Assembly: GCA_938039975.1 (NCBI GenBank)
Contig: CALHTM010000002.1
Coordinates: forward strand, 44,541-108,540
DNA: 64,000 nucleotides
Reading direction: 5' to 3'
From: an uncultured Candidatus Saccharibacteria bacterium
Lineage (GTDB): Bacteria; Patescibacteriota; Saccharimonadia; Saccharimonadales; Saccharimonadaceae
The position numbers and the translations under genes are program-made. Below are positions 57,545 to 64,000 of this stretch, piece after piece (within the stretch, counting starts at the first letter, position 1; the number at the start of each line of letters is the position of its first letter). The notes beneath the pieces are model-generated. The model made no database searches and was not told the origin of the DNA. It saw only the letters and a program-made list of their open reading frames with translations.

Positions 57545-58576
57545 CTAATAGTATGACTCATGATGACGCATGAAGTATAATCGGCGCACTAATCGTTCGA
57601 TATATTTGCTCCAAAGCCGCGACTTAATAGGCGAAACTGGAATCTCGAAAGCGCCAATATAGTCAGTGATATGCTTATTGAAGCTAGTTTTGAAGCGCCC
57701 CAGACCATAGCGCGGATGGTTTGGGTTACTCATTTCGTCAGAAGCTGGCGTACCACAGAGGTCGTGTTCGAGCGAGCCATGCTCTTTAGCCCATTTGATT
57801 ACTTCCCATTGCAGGCGGTGGCTAGCGCCGTAGGCCGTACGTTTGCGAACCGAAGCGCCGTCTTTGTAAGTACTTTTAGTACCCAGAATCACCGCAAAAG
57901 CACCAGCTACCAGCTGATCCTGATAATAGGCAAAAAATAGCTGGCCTTGGTTGGCATCAGCGTATTGCTGGTAGAATTCGCGGTAGTATTGCGGCGAACG
58001 AATCGTAAAGCCAGCGCCATCGGCCGTTTCTTTGAACAAATCATACATCGCCTGGCAAGTTTCATCATTGACTGGCACCCGCTTGATGATAACACCGTCG
58101 CGATCAGCGCGGCGAATAGCGTGGCGACCCTTTTGCGGCAGGTCCTTAAGGATTGTATCAAGATCACTATGTAAATCGACTATCACGGTCGAGGCATTGT
58201 ATTGAATCGGCCGAGTAGGCAATAGTTCAATCGCAGAAATATCGGTGCCACGCAGCAATTCCGGCTCAATTTTGATAGTAAAAACGCCTTGCTGGCGAGC
58301 AAAATCGCGCAGCACCGGCACTATTGAAGCTAACTCGCTAGCGGTTGCTACGCCCGGACCTTTCGGGATATACCACACTTTGCCGAACAGGGGAATATGC
58401 TTTTCGATAGCGCCAATTGCTAACTCGCCGCAGATAATAAAACGCGGCCGCCAGTTAGCTAGCCGTTTCAAATTTAAAAAGACCGACCCTTGCAGCATAT
58501 TGCCGCGATCGCTATTATGAACCACTAGATCATCCCAGCGGTTGATTTCATCATCAGTTGCAAAACGAATAGTCAT
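57545..58576 (-). CDS. FemABX/MurN peptidoglycan bridge aminoacyltransferase
   Basis: YIPKGP, IKIEP, RHAIRRA, LQWEVI, GLGRFKTSF. Confidence 0.9.
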   Translation of the reverse strand: MTIRFATDDEINRWDDLVVHNSDRGNMLQGSVFLNLKRLANWRPRFIICGELAIGAIEKHIPLFGKVWYIPKGPGVATASELASIVPVLRDFARQQGVFTIKIEPELLRGTDISAIELLPTRPIQYNASTVIVDLHSDLDTILKDLPQKGRHAIRRADRDGVIIKRVPVNDETCQAMYDLFKETADGAGFTIRSPQYYREFYQQYADANQGQLFFAYYQDQLVAGAFAVILGTKSTYKDGASVRKRTAYGASHRLQWEVIKWAKEHGSLEHDLCGTPASDEMSNPNHPRYGLGRFKTSFNKHITDYIGAFEIPVSPIKSRLWSKYIERLVRRLYFMRHHESYY

Positions 58577-58644
58577 AACTATAGTATAACACCTCCGAGG
58601 AGGGCTTACGGAGGCGTTATCGCGTGGTTAACAGAGAAAATCTA

Positions 58645-59106
58645 TTACGGCTGCGGGTTTGATAAGAAATCAATCTCTTTAATGACATCAAGCAAAGCCT
58701 GAGCGCGGCGAGATTCATCAGCAATATTTTTGGCGGCTTCATGCGCCGGCGCAATCAAGGTTTTATCGTCCGTCGAGCGGATCAATAGCAAATAAGTGTC
58801 AAATTTTTCTTCGGCAGAGATATTGAGCTTGTCCACCAGCGGTCGAAGCTCTTTGATGGCTTCGTTCTTGACGCTATCAAGATCACTGTTGGCTGCTGGC
58901 ACAACCGTGTTTGACGCTTTAGCTGGCTTTGGCTGTGCCATTGGTTCTGGCTCCGGCGCTGGCTCTGGCGGCAAATCAGGCAGCGGCGGCAACGGTGCTG
59001 CCGGCTGCGCGCTCGTTGCACTCGCGCCGTTACTTACGCCAGCCAAAACCTTAGCGAGATCCTGATCGTCGCTAATTGGCTGCGTTGTTTGCGGTTTTAT
59101 ATCCAT
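58645..59106 (-). CDS. hypothetical protein, Pro-rich linker plus helical C-domain
   Basis: 153-aa ORF with SD-like GAGGGTG and a downstream hairpin. Confidence 0.75.
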   Translation of the reverse strand: MDIKPQTTQPISDDQDLAKVLAGVSNGASATSAQPAAPLPPLPDLPPEPAPEPEPMAQPKPAKASNTVVPAANSDLDSVKNEAIKELRPLVDKLNISAEEKFDTYLLLIRSTDDKTLIAPAHEAAKNIADESRRAQALLDVIKEIDFLSNPQP

Positions 59107-59195
59107 GTGCCCACCCTCTTCATTACTTTTATGCTTTATTTAGTATATACTGTATCATAGTTATAGGAAATATCGCAAGAGAAAGGTGATTTTAC

Positions 59196-60239
59196 ATGCT
59201 AGATGACTCTAATATTTTGAAGCAAAGAGACAACGGGGGCGCTCTCGAAGTTGCGGCTAAACTCTATCAACAGGCAAATTTTGACTGCCAACTGCGCGAT
59301 GCCGAGCACGACGGCCGCGAACTGCGCAACATCATCGTCGCTGGCATGGGCGGCTCGGCGCTAGCGGCCGACCTCGCTAAGTCGCTGCTCAACGACACGC
59401 TATCAATTCCGTTCAACGTCGTCAAGGACTACGATTTGCCGCATTACGCCGATCACAATACCTTAGTTATCGCTAGCAGCCATTCAGGAAACACCGAGGA
59501 AACTCTATCATGTCTCAAGCAGGCGATTGAACATGGCTGTCAAATTGCTATCATTGCTACCGGTGGAGAGCTTAACGAGATTGCTCAACGAGAACATATC
59601 CTATCAGCACTCATTCCCAAAGATTGCCAGCCGCGCATGGCCGTTATTTATTCGCTGCGAGCGCTATTTGAGGTGCTTAATGCTTTCAAGTTGATTGACC
59701 GCACCTACATTGACGAACTAGCAGCTATTAGCACTTGGCTAGAGAAAGAAAGCGCGCTCTGGACCAAAGATGTACCGACCAAGCAAAACTACGCCAAGCA
59801 GCTGGCCTTAATCGCTGTCGGCAAAACGCCGGTTTTCTACGGAGGTAGTTTGATGGCGCCGCTAGCTTATAAGTGGAAAATTAGTTGGAACGAAAATGCT
59901 AAAAACGTTGCTTTCTGCAACTATTTGCCAGAATTCAGCCACAACGAATTTATTGGCTGGACTAGCCACCCGGTCGAGAAGCCTTTCGCGGTATTTGATT
60001 TGCTAAGCGATCTCGAACACCCGCGCATCCTCAAACGCTTCTCGCTCAGCGATCAGATGCTATCTGGCAAACGCCCGAAATCAAATGTGGTACCACTCGC
60101 AGGCAAAACACCGCTACAGCAGATGCTGTGGGGTTGTATTTTAGCAGATTTTGCCAGTATTTACGTGGCAATTCTCAATAATGTCGACCCGACCCAGGTT
60201 AATTTGATTGAAAAGTTCAAAAAAGCCCTCGAAAAATAA
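59196..60239 (+). CDS. bifunctional phosphoglucose/phosphomannose isomerase
   Basis: GMGGSA, SHSGNTEETL, QPR, NENAK, PEFSHNE. Confidence 0.93.
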   Translation: MLDDSNILKQRDNGGALEVAAKLYQQANFDCQLRDAEHDGRELRNIIVAGMGGSALAADLAKSLLNDTLSIPFNVVKDYDLPHYADHNTLVIASSHSGNTEETLSCLKQAIEHGCQIAIIATGGELNEIAQREHILSALIPKDCQPRMAVIYSLRALFEVLNAFKLIDRTYIDELAAISTWLEKESALWTKDVPTKQNYAKQLALIAVGKTPVFYGGSLMAPLAYKWKISWNENAKNVAFCNYLPEFSHNEFIGWTSHPVEKPFAVFDLLSDLEHPRILKRFSLSDQMLSGKRPKSNVVPLAGKTPLQQMLWGCILADFASIYVAILNNVDPTQVNLIEKFKKALEK

Positions 60240-60259
60240 ACGCGCGTTAAGATAAGTAA

Positions 60260-60296
60260 AAACAAAATAGACAGTCTGGTGCTGTCTATTTTGTTT
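60260..60296. terminator. bidirectional terminator
   Basis: AAACAAAATAGACAG-N7-CTGTCTATTTTGTTT between convergent genes. Confidence 0.75.
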
Positions 60297-60322
60297 ATTG
60301 TCTATCGGTAGAAATTCAGCTT

Positions 60323-61552
60323 CTAATGGTATTGCCGCAGCGATTCAATAGTGTTCTTGCGCGCCGCTTTCAGGGCAGGGTAAGTACCGAAGATTACGCC
60401 AGAACCAACCGCCATCAACAACGCCGCAATCGCTGTTGACCAGGTCATTGTCGGCCCAAAGCTCATTTGTGAACTAATGATCACAGCTAACAAACAACCA
60501 ACCAGATAACCGCAAGTGCCGCCCAGCAGGCTAATCATCAGCGACTCGACTAAAAATTGCCCGATAATCGTCCGCTGGCTAGCGCCAACTGCTTTGCGGA
60601 TACCAATTTCGCGGGTGCGCTCAGCCACGCCAACCAGCATGATATTCATGATACCGACGCCGCCCACTACCAGCGAAATCGCTGCAATGGCCGCCATCAC
60701 CGCTGTTAAGGCACTAAACAATTCGCCAGTCGGCCGGCCAATATCAGCGCCACTTAGAATAGTAAAGTTGGCTTCACCTAGGTGTTGTTTGAGGATTTTC
60801 TCTTTCAATTTATCTTTAACAGCCGAGACATTATCCTTGTCCTTTACCAGAACGTTAATTTGTTGAATCTGCGTACTGCCTTTGTGCAGCAATTTACCTT
60901 GATTATAAGAGACAAAAATCGCATTACCATAATCAACGGTATTATAGTTAACAGGGTTAGCGCCAGTCTTGACAACGCCGATGACCGTAAACTGCTGGCC
61001 GTACATCGTGAACATCTGGCCGACCGAACGATCGGTATTGAATAGTTTAGTTGACAGCTCGCTGCCGATCACCACCGCTGAATCGTCAGTTTCTTCGCCG
61101 AGAAACTGGCCGGCGTTCATTTTGATATCTGCCGTCTTGATAAACGCAGGAGTAGTAGAAAGTACAACATTATTAGCCGCCTCGGCTCGAGAGGTTTTAG
61201 CGGTAGCATTCAAAATCATTAGCGGCACCACTGCGTCGATACCGTCAATTGACTTAGCAGCCTCGATATCAGCCTCGGTTAATGAGCTAGTGCCGAATAA
61301 CTGCTGTCCGGCTGGATTGAGATAGGCATTCAAATCGCGCGTCTGCGCGCCCGGACGGACGATCATTAGCTTGCCGTCATAGGTATTAACTTGGTTAGAG
61401 ATCATTCCGCGAGCACCGTCGCTAATCGCCAAAATACACGTCACGCTAGCCACGCCGATAGCAATACCCAGCGCGGTCAGCACCGTACGTGCGCGGCTGC
61501 GCCGCAATGTTTGATAAGCGTCGGTGATGTGTTCAACTGTCATTAACCTCAT
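60323..61552 (-). CDS. MacB/FtsX-type ABC permease
   Basis: LTALGIAIGVASV, GIMNIMLV.V.ERTREIGIRKAVGA, YPA.KAA. Confidence 0.95.
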   Translation of the reverse strand: MRLMTVEHITDAYQTLRRSRARTVLTALGIAIGVASVTCILAISDGARGMISNQVNTYDGKLMIVRPGAQTRDLNAYLNPAGQQLFGTSSLTEADIEAAKSIDGIDAVVPLMILNATAKTSRAEAANNVVLSTTPAFIKTADIKMNAGQFLGEETDDSAVVIGSELSTKLFNTDRSVGQMFTMYGQQFTVIGVVKTGANPVNYNTVDYGNAIFVSYNQGKLLHKGSTQIQQINVLVKDKDNVSAVKDKLKEKILKQHLGEANFTILSGADIGRPTGELFSALTAVMAAIAAISLVVGGVGIMNIMLVGVAERTREIGIRKAVGASQRTIIGQFLVESLMISLLGGTCGYLVGCLLAVIISSQMSFGPTMTWSTAIAALLMAVGSGVIFGTYPALKAARKNTIESLRQYH

Positions 61553-62442
61553 TTTTCGTCGTCCTCGCTCTTTTTGGCTGTCTTTTTAGGCTTATCTTTG
61601 GTAGCTTCTTTTGTTTCTTCTTTGGCTTTTTTAGTGTCCTTATCCTTGGTATCCTTAGTATCTGCGTCATTCTTGTCTTTGGAAGCGTCTGATTTGTGCA
61701 GCGGGATTGCTACTTCCTTTGATTCGGTATGCGATTCAACCGTTACACGGCGGTCGCTGGCAACCTTGCCGTCAAGCATGTTAATCACGCGGCTAGCATA
61801 GCTAGTCAAATTCGGGTTGTGAGTCACCATGACGATAGTATTGCCTTTTTTGTGCAAGTTAGCCAGCTCCTCCATGATAACGTGGCTAGAGCGGCTATCA
61901 AGGTTACCAGTTGGCTCGTCGGCTAGAATGATGCTCGGCTTATTCACTAAAGCCCGCGCAATTGCCACGCGCTGCATCTGGCCGCCCGATAGCTGCCACG
62001 GCATGTAATATTCGCGCTCCTGCAGATGGAACGATTTTAGAATGCTACTAGCCATTTCCAGACGCTTGACGCGCGGTACGCCTTTGTAAATCAGCGGTAA
62101 AGCGACATTTTCGAGCACTGTCAAGCGATTAATCAAATTAAAACTCTGAAAAACGATGCCAATCTTGTTAGAACGAATTTTGGCGTACTGCCGCTCTGAT
62201 AGGCGAGCGGTCGAGTGCTCCTCGAACAGATATTCGCCCTGGTCAGGCCGATCCAAAAAACCAATGATATTAAGCAAAGTCGTCTTGCCGCAGCCGGACG
62301 GCCCCATCACAGCGATGAACTCGCCCTCGCGGATGGTCAGATCAATTTCATCGAGCGCATCGTGCGCCGCGTCGCCTATACCGTATATTTTTGTAAGTTT
62401 TTTAAGTTGAATTATCGGCCTTGCTGTCTTTCGCGCTGTCAT
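61549..62442 (-). CDS. MacB/LolD-type ABC ATP-binding protein with K/D/E tail
   Basis: [32 protein letters not shown]. Confidence 0.95.
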   Translation of the reverse strand: MTARKTARPIIQLKKLTKIYGIGDAAHDALDEIDLTIREGEFIAVMGPSGCGKTTLLNIIGFLDRPDQGEYLFEEHSTARLSERQYAKIRSNKIGIVFQSFNLINRLTVLENVALPLIYKGVPRVKRLEMASSILKSFHLQEREYYMPWQLSGGQMQRVAIARALVNKPSIILADEPTGNLDSRSSHVIMEELANLHKKGNTIVMVTHNPNLTSYASRVINMLDGKVASDRRVTVESHTESKEVAIPLHKSDASKDKNDADTKDTKDKDTKKAKEETKEATKDKPKKTAKKSEDDEK

Positions 62443-62579
62443 ATTAATCTATTATAGACAAGTGACGTTTAATAAATCAACCGATGAAGATTGTGTAAAA
62501 TACTACATTTTTAATTAGTCGGACGCAGAGTGAAGCGCAATTCATATTTCTGGCGTTTTCTGGTAGAATTGTAAGCGAA

Positions 62580-62669
62580 GGAGAGGTGACCGAGTGGTTG
62601 AAGGTGCACGCCTGGAACGCGTGTGTGCGAGCAATCGTACCCAGGGTTCGAATCCCTGTCTCTCCGCCA
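62580..62669 (+). tRNA. tRNA-Ser(GGA)
   Basis: Long variable arm, anticodon loop CTGGAAC, TTCGAAT, encoded CCA. Confidence 0.95.
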
Positions 62670-62673
62670 AATA

Positions 62674-63159
62674 TCACACCGCTTGGCTCGACGCCAAATC
62701 AGGAAACTTTGCTTCTAGTCGGCGCAAGCGCTTGTCTAACGAACCATACAAAGTATCGTCCACCAGCTCGCGGCTGCCAGATTCGTGATAAAGTTCAAGT
62801 CGCAGACTAGCAATCTCGGCATGAATTTTGCCGTCTTCAGCTTTTAGCTCATTGAAGCCCTTATCCATTCGCAAATCCATATCTTTCACGATATCAACCA
62901 ACGTTTTATGGTCGTTGCGAATATCGGCGAGCTGTTCATCAATACTGTTGAAACGTTCGTCGATCTGTGCAAACTGCTCGTCGTTTTTTTCAAAGCGTCT
63001 GTCTATTTGGGCAAAGCGCTTGTCTATCTGCTCAAAGCGCCTATCAATCTGAGCAAAGCGTCTGTCGATTTGCTCAAACCGTTCGTTCATCGTTTTCGCC
63101 AAATTGGCAACGATATCACTTAGTTTTTGTATCTGATTGGATAATTCCTCATTAGTCAT
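62674..63159 (-). CDS. heptad-repeat coiled-coil protein
   Basis: About 7 copies of RF(E/A)QID(R/K); degenerate 21-bp DNA repeats at about 62951-63084. Confidence 0.8.
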   Translation of the reverse strand: MTNEELSNQIQKLSDIVANLAKTMNERFEQIDRRFAQIDRRFEQIDKRFAQIDRRFEKNDEQFAQIDERFNSIDEQLADIRNDHKTLVDIVKDMDLRMDKGFNELKAEDGKIHAEIASLRLELYHESGSRELVDDTLYGSLDKRLRRLEAKFPDLASSQAV

Positions 63160-63287
63160 ACTTCTATTTAATCACAAACATCAGCAGCATAGCAACTGTC
63201 TACCAAACGAAAAGCGCCCGCCCAGCAGGGTAGCCGCTCTCAATTATTAGACACGAACCATCCAATCCAGGCTCGTATAAAAACATG

Positions 63288-63364
63288 TGGTACACCCGGC
63301 GCGATTCGAACGCACGACCTCTGGTACCGCAAACCAACGCTCTATCCAGCTGAGCTACGGGTGC
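63288..63364 (-). tRNA. tRNA-Arg(GCG)
   Basis: Cloverleaf; anticodon stem TTGGT/ACCAG, loop TT-GCG-GT; encoded CCA. Confidence 0.9.
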
Positions 63365-63397
63365 TAACTAGCTGATAATAGCATACTCAAACACTTT

Positions 63398-64000
63398 TCA
63401 CAAGTGAAGCTTGGCTAGTATCCGATCGATAAAATCTGGCTTGACCTCTTTCATCGGCAGGCGCGCCGCTAGCATGTCAACGATTTTCTCGCCTGATTCC
63501 TCAGGAAAGTAAATATTCTGCCCTAATTGGAAGCGCTTGCGCGGAATTAACGCAATATGATGAACATTATTGATAGTGACAACATCAAACGATTTAAACT
63601 GATCATACAGCATTAGCCGGTCGCGAACATACAGACCCTTGCGGGTCAAGGTATAATCAATAATCTCTGGCGGCCGATGCGCGTACACGCCCAGCGCCAC
63701 CGCCATCACTGGCAACAAAATGGTGAATGTCAGCGAATTAAACGCAAAATAAGCAATCGCCATCATTATGAGCGTCGCTAGCGCCAAAGCTGCATACCAC
63801 ATCATTGAACGCTCGCTATAGAGATGCTCTGGACCTTGCCAGCGCACAAGAATTTCGCTATCGTCAGGCTCGACCGCTGGCGTTACATCATCGCCAAATG
63901 TTGGAGCATTGTCCTCTACTGAATTAAGATCAGTTGGAGCAGCTGAATCTGCCACCTCGGCATCAACTGAAGCTGGCTGGGCCGATTCTGCACTCGTATT
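63398..64000 (-). CDS. conserved hypothetical membrane protein (DUF5673-like), 5' end outside window
   Basis: W..PE...ERS..WY, two TM helices, Y.L...G; frame stays open to the window edge. Confidence 0.75.
   Translation of the reverse strand, partial: NTSAESAQPASVDAEVADSAAPTDLNSVEDNAPTFGDDVTPAVEPDDSEILVRWQGPEHLYSERSMMWYAALALATLIMMAIAYFAFNSLTFTILLPVMAVALGVYAHRPPEIIDYTLTRKGLYVRDRLMLYDQFKSFDVVTINNVHHIALIPRKRFQLGQNIYFPEESGEKIVDMLAARLPMKEVKPDFIDRILAKLHL

Noticed and set aside
62477..62810. Short ORFs overlapping tRNA-Ser(GGA), and other antisense ORFs inside core genes
   Set aside because: Shadows of real genes with no independent signals
62951..63084. CRISPR array
   Set aside because: Degenerate in-frame coding repeats with no spacers; no cas genes

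Overview
Chromosomal housekeeping region of a small-genome bacterium, most consistent with Candidatus Saccharibacteria (TM7, Patescibacteria/CPR). This is inferred from gene content and protein style, not from a marker search. It carries translation, RNA-decay, replication/repair, nucleotide and cell-wall genes (rpsF-ssb-rpsR, ftsK, rnj, pnp, rpsO, truB, rpsT, holA, mutM, polA, dnaG-rpoD, orn, pyrH, argS, pyrG, nrdAB, valS, tsaC/D, murE, two femABX), three tRNAs and several small accessory islets. Top finding: an apparently split ribonucleotide reductase. NrdA keeps all core catalytic residues but has no C-terminal shuttle cysteines, NrdB is class Ic-like, and an unannotated 57-aa gene after nrdB (own promoter and SD) ends in ...MCEGCQ, resembling the missing NrdA redox tail. 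Other findings: an NrdR-like box on the pyrG promoter, in-frame palindromic DNA inserts in mutM and polA, pervasive leaderless gene starts, a highly structured GC-rich cassette, a decayed coiled-coil gene beside a tandem-domain gene, tRNA-Arg(GCG) and an orphan pheA.
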